A stretch of 64,000 nt of DNA, from contig NC_045138.2 in the NCBI RefSeq assembly GCF_008831285.2, positions 28,334,001-28,398,000 of the forward strand. Direction: 5' to 3'. This DNA is from Nymphaea colorata. Its lineage: Eukaryota. The translations under genes and the position numbers were made by a program. Shown piece by piece: positions 39,222 through 50,802 of this stretch. Within the stretch, counting starts at the first letter, position 1, and every line of letters begins with the position of its first letter. The notes under the pieces were generated by a model that searched no databases, was not told the DNA's origin, and saw only the letters and a program-made list of their open reading frames with translations.

Positions 39222-42090
39222 TCCTTGAGAAATTCGAAGTGCTAATCTTATGAGTCCATTCCCTCTGGCATAATAACTTGACAAAGCAAACAAGGTTGTG
39301 TTTTTTGACTAAGTTCATTCATTCTTTGCTGTTATCTAAGGTAGTTATGACACAAGTTTAAATTTCCCTGACAAAAGCAAAATGACTACCTTAAAAACAC
39401 TCATTAAATATCCAGATTTTTCCTCTGAATTTGTGTTTCTCAATGCATAGGAATGGAACTTATGCACTATACTCTTATGTTGAGGTTATTGCTGGACTGT
39501 ATGCCATCTGGTCAAGTTCCTGAATGTGTTGATCAAAAAGCTTGGCAATACTGTAAGTTAGTAACTAATGTAAATATTGAACTGAAAAATGCTTGGTGGA
39601 TTATCCTATCTAAAAACAAAGGGTGTTTATCAAGTAACTGCTTATGCTTTCTTTATTCTTGCTGCGGCCTGAGCTTTAACAACCTGACAGGCGAGGTGCC
39701 AAAATCTTTAAGTGCTTGTAAGTGTGTATGTTTTTAGATTATAGATTTTCTTTTCTGACCAGCAGTTGACAACACGTAAACAATGTTACAACCAATACTT
39801 TGGCTGTAGGTTTTTGACAGACAACAGCCTGACTCCCACACCATATGCAGAATTGACTACAAAAAAGGCACACCTCAAAAGTATATTTCTCCTTGATAGA
39901 TGTGCTTATCCTTCCGGGGTTAAATGTTCTAGTATTGATGATGAAACTGTTATTTCCTTTACTTTTCTTTTGTAATTTTCTGTTCTCTGCGAGATGTATA
40001 GTTTGCTTCCTCTTATTGCCATGCATTATGAACACACTGAGTTGGTAGGATAGACTTATAAACATTGGATTGCCTTTGGTTTTGAGTTTGAATCACAATA
40101 ACCTATTTAATGGTGATTATTTTTTCTTGAAAGGCATTTTCATCCACTTGAACTTGATTGTTAAAATAAATATGCCATTTGCACACACATGATGTCATAA
40201 ACACGTGTGAGAGGAGAACAGGACATGTTTGCAGCAATTGCCATATCTGAACAGACTCGTACAGTAAGTAGTGTATGCTTCATATTGAATCTGCATATTA
40301 ATTTCATCAGCTGCTATTTGTGACTTGAGAATCTGCAATTAGTTTTCTTGTACTTAAAAAACTGTGATTATCTTAACCACGTAATGGACATCATGTCACA
40401 TTGAAGCATTTAACTTCACTATTATTCATGCTTCAAGTTATCTTAATTTGCAGTCCCCAGGTGCAAAGGGCTTAGATTAGGTGACCTGCTTATTGCATTT
40501 ATGTCCAGGTGATTTTCACATTCATACTGGCCTTACCATGCAGGTACTTGTCATACAATAGCTTCACAAACGTCTTCTAATGCAGCAATTTCTCGTTGCT
40601 ACAAAGCCTGTAAGATCTCCCATACAGTCCCATGATTTTCAGATTCTTTTCATTCATTTTGTTCCTCACTGTCACTCGCAGTCATCATTACCATTCCCCG
40701 GCAATCTAGTTAACAAGTGTAAAGGCGCAGGAAAAAGAGTAAAGAGTCTCTCTTTACATTTTGAACTTTTCACGATGGAAATTTCTTCAGAACGATCAAG
40801 CAGCTGGTCTACTACTTGCATTAACGTCACACATTATTGCTTGAAAGAAATGCTGCGATAGTAGTAAACCAAAATGTTAGGTTACTCTGGTTTTTCTTTT
40901 AAAACCGAACTCGGAACTGTTCCTCCAATACCTGGCCTGCGACTTCTTTAAATGACATTATTGTTAATTTTTCTCGACAGATTTTTCTTTTCACGTAAAT
41001 TACAGTAGTCAGAATCCGGTTACTACTGCAAAGTCGATATATGAGGTATGGTGTCATCAATTTGTCACATCGAAAGGCATCTGGGAATCGAGTAAACACG
41101 GACTTTCAGGGAAGATGACAGTGACAATGTTAAGTACATTGTTGAGGGTAAGCCACTTTCTGTCCCTCAAGAAGAAGCTAAATTATACAGTGCCACCCTT
41201 ATTTCTCCAATGTCGCACAAATACTATGGGTTGCACCTTATTAAGGGGTCCTCCGTTGAGAAGCTCTAATTTGCCGAAATAATTATAACTGTGATAAGAA
41301 TTTTTTGCAGCTAGGGAAACCATATTTTCATGTGTATATTCAGGTAAAGGATGAAGCCAGACATGGGTTATCGGGAAAATTATTAAATTGTGAACACTCT
41401 ATCATGGAATTGCAGTGATGGCTGCAAAATAAGGATTTCGATATGAAAAAGCCACTGTCAAGATCCATCCCAGTAAAATCAGTGGATTGTCTTAAAAAAA
41501 TGTCACTTATTCCATGTTAAAATAAAATTGGAATTTCTAAGTCAATCATCAGCTTTACTAGCATATAACCGACAAAAAATGAAGTTGAGCAGAAACTCAG
41601 TTACTGCATATTGCCTTGTCTCTATTTCTCTAGCTTGGTGGATAGAAGAGATTCATACAAGTATTGTAGACAGAGTGGTGCAATCCATGGTTCCTTGGAA
41701 TAGATTTATGGAACACTTGAACTAAGTGTTTATGAATGTACCTCAATTTTTAAGACATATACACGAAACACTTTGTAAATATTCCATTTACCAAACGAAC
41801 CTATAAAGAACAATTTGAAGTCGACTATCAGGTCCTACAATCTGGCGACGGTCATGTTCCATGACTGCATGAACGCGTGAGAGAGATTTCTAGATCCTTT
41901 TATTGTTGAGCTCATTATGTTTTAACCACTTGATATGGTTGTTTTATGGAACTATCCTGCACATAAGACTCCTTCAAGCCCAAGGGTAAGATTATAATTG
42001 GCATGATGAATGCTGTCTTGTCTTGTTCATATGTTTGAATGCCCGGATTCTTTGGAAGGTCGGTAATCAGAGCGGCAGGCAAGAAGACTG
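39222..42090 (+). pseudogene. Decayed LRR-malectin receptor-like kinase (LRR-VIII type): ectodomain and TM fragments, no kinase domain seen
   Basis: Ordered exon relics: LRR pieces (LDCMPSGQVPEC ~39490; LSFNNLTGEVPKSLSAC ~39670; FLTDNSLT ~39810; YLSYNSFT ~40545) and a Cys-linker exon (SSWSTTCINVTHYCLKE ~40795). Malectin exon 40981-41343 reads FSFHVNY...KSIYE...WESS...LYSATLISPMSHKYYGLHLIKG...L*FAEII...LGKPYFHVYIQ|gt. Then NTL*I and GPTI (~41765-41840) and a TM-like exon (~41968-42090). Multiple stops and frameshifts. Confidence 0.8.
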
Positions 42091-42384
42091 GTAAGTTTCC
42101 ATCATGCAATCACATAGATCTGTTTTTGGCTTCTAATTTTGCATCCAAAATGGTTGCAATGGATAAGTTGGAACTTGAAAATATTTAGCTTCCATGATTT
42201 GTTTTACTCTTTCACAGCCCGGCCGGCACATTCATTGCGGAGTGATCGCTCGGCCGGCTGGAAAAGGGGGTCCCTTCCTCTCTCCCTGCAAGCAAAGCAA
42301 GACAGAACCACTTCTCCATTTCATTCATTCTTCCTTAGATGTGCCTTCCCTTTAACGAACCTCCGACGGCCATGCATGTTTTTT

Positions 42385-43308
42385 TTAATTTCAAAAATAG
42401 AAGAAAGATTTTACATGCAAAACTTGTAAACTTGCAAAAGCTATGTGTTTAGAAAACCTATGAAAGTTTGGCAAAATTCTAAATAATGCAAAAAAAAATC
42501 ACAAGAAAACTTTTAAAAAATACTAACTTTAAACGACACAACAATCGTCACAAAATTCAACAAATTTACTATTTCGAAACGACACTTGCAAACTTTTCAA
42601 AATTATTTAAAAGCTTAGCAGTCCTTATACACATGTAAACAAATTTTGTAACATAAAAATAGCTGTTATGATGTTGCAATTTTTAAGTAATGCAAAAAAA
42701 TCATAGAAACTTTAAAAAGGTGTTAGCTTAGAAGAGCCAAAAAAATTGTCAAAATCTCTTAAAAGTGCAAAGTTTTATGAGTTTGAAATCATATTATCAA
42801 TGCTATTAAGGTTTTGAATATTTTACTTGTGAAAGTCTGAATTCACAAAACTGACTAAAGTTGTGACTAAAAGTGCAAGATTTCAGTAATACTAAAAAAG
42901 TTGTTATCAAGTTTACAAAAAATTGAATGAGGGCAAAAATACATTTTCAGATTAGTCACTTTATAAAATTTGAAACGATGATTAAAAGTCTCCATGAGTC
43001 CAAAACAATACTTCGATAAAAAATTGAAGAATATATTAACTGTTTAAAATTTCAAGACTTGTTATAGCTAAAAGTTGTAAACCAGTGAAAGTTGTGAGAT
43101 TTTTGTAAATTAAAAATGGTGAAAGTATTTACAGAATTTTTTACTAAATTTTGTCGAGTCAAAAAGTTTGTGTTTCTCAAAAAATGTGTAAAATTTTGCA
43201 AACTTGTAAAAGTTGTTTCATAAAATTAGAAGCAGTTTGGAATGTCCAAAAAGTTTTTAAAAATTTGTCAAATTCATGAAAAAAATTGTAGTTCTTGCAA
43301 AACATAAA
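42385..43308 (-). repeat. Inverted copy of part of the AT-rich array unit
   Basis: The reverse complement matches ~29028-30075 and ~31410-32443; for example 42721-42850 corresponds to 29610-29740. The copy has internal deletions. Confidence 0.85.
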
Positions 43309-43639
43309 ATAATGATGTGATATATTTTCTCTGACGCACATAATGATGACTTTCCATCAGCAAGGTAGACAGCTGAGATTGAATTATTTGGTAGACTACC
43401 TCATCTAGGCTCGCATCCCCGCAGCACTACAAAATTTTGCAATGGAACCATGGGAATTTTAGAGGCAGGATCGACCCTGCAGCAGTAACAAGATACAAAA
43501 CAGAAAATGAGAGCCAAAAAATGGAAAAGTTAATCTGTGTATACCTCATATAGAAGTGCCGGTCTTACACAGTAAGTTGCGCTCCAAAGGACCACGGCTT
43601 TGATATCTGCATTCAGTATTATCATAAATAGTGTCCATG

Positions 43640-43880
43640 AGGGGCGTTTGAAGGCCTGAATTTTTTATTCTATAATTTTGATAGTTTCCATAAGCGGGCA
43701 CTTGAAGGCCTGGAATTTCGTTTCTGGTATCAAAATTTCAGAATGAAATTGGGATGGACCTTCATTCCAGGTTCTAGTTTCTTTCCATTTTGATGGCCTG
43801 AAATTTTGATTGTAGGACTCGTTTGATAAAAAGAGCATTAAAGTCCTGGAATTTTTCTTGTAACCGTTTGATCAATTTTC
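43640..43880. mobile_element. Tourist-like MITE fragment
   Basis: Begins tga|ggggcgtttgaaggcctg with repeated ggcctggaattt modules; right end not identified. Confidence 0.4.
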
Positions 43881-46800
43881 TAATCCCTATTCCTAAAGTT
43901 CATGCCACCCAAAACATGTTTTTTTTCCTTCTCTTTTCGGTGATATATTCATGAATAATTCATCCCAAAAAAGGGTTCATGAACCCCTAATATTTCCATC
44001 GTTCCGATAAACGGTTGCTGGTGAGGCCCCATTAGTTATAGACGATGAGTCTATGGCAAACTCCAGCATGGAAACTTTCATTACGGCTTTCTGATTTGCT
44101 GTCATCTAGGTCCCAAAGTACCTCTGAACCCCAAGTACAGAGAGAAATAAGAACTGTCGAAGCACCTGAACAGAAGCAGAAAGACTACCTGAAGAAAGAG
44201 GAATGTCAAGGTATCTTCAAACATATGTGACTGTCATGCACACAAGCACCTGAACTCAAATCAAGAAAATCTCCACGATTTCCAGTTCGTAATATAACAT
44301 ATAGTACCGGTATCAAACTACAAGACGGCAGAATTAATCAAGGCTGAAAAGGCAATGAGACATCCAAGCATGGAGAAATCACCAAATCAACAGAGAAAAC
44401 CAAAGATAGGAATGCAAACCATTCGACATTGGACCAATAAAATATATTAGAAACTGATTTTTTTGCATTAAAAAACCAAAAACTTCGAAACCATATCGCA
44501 GCTATTACATCCCCGGCCAGAGAACGCGCAACAGGAAGCGACAGCAAAAGATGTGATAATGAAAATCACTAGACCCCGAGCTCAACAAACAGGAAACAAA
44601 AACTGAGGTCAAATTTTGGACAGATGGAAAAAAATACGTGAGGAGCGGCCAGATACAAGCTCTGAGTTCACAAACTAAAAGTCTAAAACCATGATCGACA
44701 AGCCTGGTGAATTGACTCAGACATCGCCAACCTGAACCAGCCTGCTTGGGATACAGAACTTAACGACATACTTTTTCTCACTTTCATTTTCTATTGGTAG
44801 AAACCTTCGATAAGGAAAAAGTACAAACTGGCGTCAGCGCTTCAGAATTTTCCACGTTCAAAGATGTTGATGAACGCGAATAGTTGCAAAGTAGCAAAGC
44901 TACATAATGATCTTGTGTGCTTATTTTAGCTACTTTAAGGTTGAAATTTTATTGTTCTCAAGTATATGGATGCTAACACAAAAGCGTTCTCTTGCTGATT
45001 CATGGATTGAGACGCTGCACCATATGCATGCCAACTCAAAAGGTCTCGTGCAAGCATCACAGCCCAACCTAATCAATTCGCGGTCAAGCGGTAAACAATG
45101 TAAAGAACACGCAGACAGCTAGCAAACATGCAGACGGATGGATGAATGGGCATCTCATGCAAATGCACGCTCCAACGTTGCGCGCCCGCATGCCACATGC
45201 ATTAGTAACAGTACAGATGAATAACCTGTCAAAGAAAATATGAAATGAAAGATGATCTACATTTGCATTTCTGGAAGAAAAAAAAGAGTTTAACATATCG
45301 CAGCATCCGACACGCACCCAAACTGTACAATAGCAACCAAAGGACCGAGCCGAACACAAGAAAGAGAAAACTAGACAAAGACGTAAGCCTGACACAAGCG
45401 AGAGAAAACTAGACGAAGGCATAGCCAATTAAACCTTCTTTTGAGTTTTCAAATGAGCACCTATAATCTCCGCAATTAACCACGGAAGCCAACCACAGTA
45501 TTTACACCTGAAAACAGTAGAATGAATATGTGAGGAAAACAGGAACTTACATAGTAGATAATAAGCTGGAAAAAAAAAATTGCCATTGATAGTTTCCCGA
45601 CCTATAAAAAAACAAAGGGTGCATCTGGTCCATTAGCTACTAGAAATAGGTAAGAGGCTTTTTCACCTAAAGTTTATAGAGATGGAATAATGAAAATAAG
45701 GAGACTAAAGGACAGAATAATAGAAATGAGAATACACTTTCACCGTGCCCTCCTCAAATGAAGTGGAAGTAATCATCCCAAGTTTGCAGAGGAATGTACA
45801 CAAACTTAGTGAAGAACTCGCAACCTCGTGCACCCATGACCACACCCAATCAAAAATTAAAATTATGCACCCATTCAAAAATTAAACTATGTGCAAGTAA
45901 AAAAAAAAAAGGAAAGAAAAGAAAAAACCACATACATCACTAAGATGCCACCCAATATGTTCTTATGGCAAAGCAGCAATCTATCTCATCCAGATAGTTT
46001 TGATAGAATTTTGGATTTTTAGCAATTACACCGTACTTCGATTACCATAATGAAGTGACGCTTCTGCTCATAATTCACACTCATACATACGCATCACCAA
46101 AGTCCAAAAAGTCATGCACTACTTCCTCCTGTCACTCCAAACTCCTACGTCTATTCCACCATCCCTGATGCAGAAGCCATAGTCAAGCATCCATGCTTCG
46201 TGAATACTAGGCCTTCAACTCAAAGAATAAGAGAAAACGCAAATCTCAGAGAAGTGTATTCTGCATGCCTGCGATACCAAACAACAGCTCTGAAATGGAA
46301 AAGCTCATCTGGTTAAAAAACAGACGCATACACTGCACGTAGACGTCTGCACGAAGTAGGATGAAAAATCACGCTGTATGATAACCATCTCTGTAATAAG
46401 ATCCTCTAGGATGATGTAACAGCATCAACCTGACCAGGATCCTCATCTAGCCCATTGCTTTCAAGCAAATAAACACGCAGGATGTGTCAGTAGGAAATCC
46501 CTACTAAAATATTTTACCTCCATCCCCATCAAAAAATAACTTCCATGTTAACATCCAAACCTCCAAGTACTTCGGTTCCAAACACTTCACAAGTATGTTT
46601 TCAACTTCATTTACCCATACGCATTATAAATAAGTTTGAACAAATCTAACCAAAATGCAGTATTATACAAATCACATAACATTTACCAACCATAACACAG
46701 GCATGATTTCTTAGTCCTTGCAAGATTAATGATTCCAAATCACTATGAGTTTTTCGCTAAACCGAATCCAACTCATGAGTCAACTGTCACGTACTTACCC

Positions 46801-46979
46801 ACTCCCTCATCAGAATCAATACAATCACATATTATAAGCAATCGATCCAATAGATCTCCGCCATCCTTTATGCCAGTCCATATATGCGTCCGACAAAATC
46901 ATAGTAATAGCCAGTGAACAATCCAAATAGTTCTCTCCAACCAGTTATCTCGCTAACCAGCTTATCAAATAGCAATAGC

Positions 46980-49900
46980 TTAACTGCCAATATCAACCAG
47001 TTGTTGCGTGTTAGTTATAGAGAGGTTCAGCGATGAAACAACCAGCGAACAGTTATTAAAGCTCTTCCCCTTCTGCTGTCGTTGCAGCTAAACATGCAAT
47101 TTTAATTCTCTCATGGCCCCAGTGTAAGGAAGCACAGCACCTTTAACTTCTTGAGAGCACCTTAACTTCTTTAGAAAGTTTACCATTGAATAATCATAAA
47201 TTACAAGGAGCAGGCAAGCCTATCCTTGAATCATCTAGGGCACCAATGACTGGGAAAGTTTCAAAGACTCCCCAAAATTTTCATAATCTACACCTAATCT
47301 TTAAGCTCCAACACTGTTAAAACTTAAAAGCAAAAATGACATTACCAATCACAAGTGACCTTCAATCAATTAACCCAAAGGTTATCACCAACTTGCATTG
47401 GCCTCTTTTAACTGCAACCAGTAACACTAACACATGACTAACCATATCAAAATAAGTTAGTGTCTTTCCATTAATATACAGACTAGTTAGGTGGACTTTT
47501 TTTCCTCATTAATGGTAGACTTGCCAAGAAAAACCTGCATACGTTCACAAATTTCGGCAGATTTTTCATGTCATTTTTGAGAGAGCAAAAAACGTAAGTC
47601 GCAACTATCATTGGTTGAACGGTTAGCATGATAGAGAACAACCTTACAGTCTGCTCGATAGAGGACAGTCTTATTTTCCATTAATATACCGACTAGTCAG
47701 GTGGACCTTTTTTCCTTATTAATGGTAGGCTTGCCAAGAAAAACCTGCATAAGTTAATAAATTTCGGCAGATTTTTTATGTTACTTTTGAGAAAGCAAAA
47801 AACGCAAGTCGTAACTATCATTGGTTTAACGGTTAGCCTGACAGAGAACAACCTTACAGTCTGCTCGATGGAGAAGAGTCTTACAACATATCTTTTGCAG
47901 AAATATATCTTGTGCGAAATTAGTTTCGTAATGCATAATTTTAGACAAAAAAAAAACCTTATATGGTCGGCCTGGAACGTCCAGCTGAACAAAATCATGG
48001 AACATATTACTTGAAACATACCTCGTTACGAATACTATGAATTGCATCAATCAGTAACTTATCTCCAATAAGTAACCGTATTTCACGTATAAAAAACTCC
48101 TTGGCGACTTTCCCATCCTATAAATTAAAAAAAGCACTGGTTATATGAAAGACCATAAACGCAATACAATAAGAAAATATGTCCACTACTTGCAAAAGCC
48201 CCTACCTTGAACTGATCATAGAGATTATTTAAAATGTGAATACTAGGCTGAGGAATATGCTTCTCCAAAAACGAGAACAATTTTGAAAATGACATGTTTC
48301 GAGTCGTGATCAGACAAGGATCAGTTTTACAAGTTTGTCCAGTAATACTCTTTGAAGCTTGGTGAAATCCCGCTGGTCCAATCTAGATAGACACATAAGT
48401 CAACAATTCTCCATTAGCAATGACAATTCGTACTTATAGACACAAGAGTAAATTACCATTAACACTAGGATTTTATAAACTTTTACGTGGAAGAAGATAG
48501 ATTAAAAAATCGAAGTGTTGCACCTACAGTTTGAACAAGTAGATTTGGAGCAGAATTAGTAATTTCTGTTGGAGAATTATTATTTACAGACGCACCACCA
48601 TGGTCGTGTATTAAGCTCCTTCCTTTGCATTTTCCTACAAAACATATGCAGTGCAGTGAGGCGCTTCTACTACAAGGTTTCCTATTAAGCAATCAAAGGA
48701 CGAATACCAGGTGAAAACTTTTAACGCATTAGAATACCTCTCAAATGATCGTGACGGCTGAAAGTTAAAACATATTCAGGAAGGATATGTGCATTCATGT
48801 GAGTGCTCCACACAATGTAATGTCTTGGATTGCTCACGTTATCAACACCACTGTCAAAATTTTCACTACTTGGGTGAAACTGATTAGACCCACGGTCGAC
48901 TTGTTCCATATTTCCTAAAATAACACGGCAAAGAATAACATGCTGCTCACCGTTCTCATCAGGATCTGCATAGGACAGACTGGCCACAAACAACTATTGT
49001 CATTAGTCACACTACATTTTAAATATCAAATATCAAAGTGAGCGGAATGCAGTAGATACCAACATCCACCCTAACTTGTTGAGCCAGAACCACATATACC
49101 TTAAATGAGACTGCCACTCTGGAGATAGATATATTCCAACCCCATAAGATTCAAGGCCGCAGCTTGTTTTGGGTTGTCCAAAGCCATGTAGGACAATGTT
49201 TTCTATGTCATGAGCAGATGCCCCGTGCCAACCGTACTTAATGTTAGCATTACCACGCGATTTCTTCATTGCCTCTATATGCCTTTGAAAAGACAGAAAT
49301 CGGATGGTGTTCGCCGGACTCCTATGGGAACACCAATAGATAGCTTTGACCGTGATTTGGGGTCTAATTTCCCCAACGCCCTTCAAGAAAACATTCTTAA
49401 TTTTGATATAAGCCTTACTATCGTGTTCCAACTTAGTGAGTTGTGCACCCAATGCTGCGAAACGCGGTGGTGACTGACAACGAAAGTTCCCAGAATTGGC
49501 GTCCAGCAAAGGGATCGCATTGCATGCATTCGAGGGCGGTTCTCTATCAGATTTTGATTCTATTGCCTCAACCAACAACTTCATGCCACTCTGAGCAATT
49601 CCACCACTATGAGAATGTGAGAAGCCACTTACTGCACCAGTACCCATTCTTGCGGCATCCACAAAATGCATATCAACATCTTTGACATCCCCAGAACCCT
49701 TACATACGTCTTCTGAGCAGCCCTTAATTTCCCAGGAAGTTTTATCCCCAAAACCGTTGCTAACCATCTCCGTTTTTGTGGTTGACACACCAGCGCCAAT
49801 ACCAGAAGGACCCTTCTCAAAGCAAGCTTTTTTTCTTAAGTATGGGTCATCAATTGGTTCATCTTCTAATTGCTTCAAAGTTCTATCAAGTAGAGTCCGT

Positions 49901-50802
49901 TTGCGAGTAAAGCACTTATCACCCATACCAGACATATCGGCGGCAGCATTTTTCCCACCATTCGGAAAGTTTTCTACCACCACCTGTTTCACTAGGTCTG
50001 GGGACACCTTGGAAGATTTATCATTGCCACATGCCAAATCTTTACATGAAACTTCCGCAGGGAGGCAGCGCTTAGCATGTCCGGAGTTCAGCAAATAGAG
50101 CTGTTGGGATCTCACATTAAGACCCGTATATGTGTCAGCATGAATCTTTTTCTCTTCATCAGCCTCTTCACGGATTCCTAAACCACGAACCTTTTGCTGG
50201 CTCGCTCTCTCCAACACATCACCACCGCAAGCACCTTGATTCATCGTCAGCTGACAATCCTGCTCCCTAGTTTTCGAAGCCACCGAAATTCGGTCATTTC
50301 CAAGAATATCACCTTCATGCCCAACCTTAGAACCCTCCGAATGATCAATCCTGATCTCCATTTCTAACTTAAAGCAAGAGCTGTTCTTCTCATGTTCGTC
50401 AGCATGTTCTCCCAAAAAATATCTCGGAAAGAAGCACTTTTTATTAACATCAATCCACGCAATTGATCGCTCGCAGCCTGATCCCAAATCAATCTGCAGC
50501 ATCCTAAGAAAATCCACTAGATACATAGACCCATCGATCCTAATCTCCATAGTTGGTCTCCCATCCACAAATCCATTAACAAGTGCGCCAGCAGCTTCGG
50601 CTGGAAAGTCTGTCCACGAGCCATGATCAAAGAACATAATCCTAGAAGGAACGCCACTGTTCTTAAAGTTCAGATGATTCAGGAGCAAGGACCTGCACTT
50701 TACCGGAACGTTCCCGGCGGGTTTCTTCCTCAAATTTGTACAGCTTACCCCATTCGCCATCCCCCTCCTCGAAAGCACTTTACAGTGCTTCCTTCCCTTC
50801 AT
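46980..50802 (-). CDS. SRO/RCD1-like protein (WWE + PARP-like + RST domains), ~810 aa
   Basis: Exons 50802-49100, 48979-48738, 48634-48528, 48382-48206, 48117-48022 and a tentative last exon 47087-46980; GT-AG and phase-compatible. WWE region NFKNSGVPSRIMFFDHGSWTDFP...RSIAWIDVNKKCFFP. PARP-like region NANIKYGWHG...YGVGIYLSP...DENGEQHVILCRVILGNME...DSGVDNVSNPRHYIVWSTHMNAHILPEYV. RST region MSFSKLFSFLEKHIP...YDQFK|DGKVAKEFFIREIRLLIGDKLL. The ORF-track start at 50811 is GTG; the first ATG is at 50802. The last exon is less certain. Confidence 0.88.
47465..47883. repeat. ~210-bp tandem duplication in the putative last SRO intron
   Basis: tttccattaatatac.gactagt.aggtggac... begins at ~47465 and again at ~47675; the two copies differ by scattered substitutions. 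Confidence 0.9.

Noticed and set aside
40899..41099. Minus-strand ORF KRKICREKL... considered as the missing RST exon
   Set aside because: The true RST exon is at 48117-48022; this is the antisense of the malectin pseudo-exon.
43310..43378. Possible C/D-box snoRNA (atgatg...ctga...atgatga...ctga)
   Set aside because: Imperfect box C, no terminal stem, and I could not identify an rRNA/snRNA complement of 10 nt or more; a snoScan/Rfam search would settle it.
47950..47986. Nearby acceptor (ttttgttcag) as the SRO last exon
   Set aside because: Would need an intron of only ~36 nt, too short for typical plant splicing.
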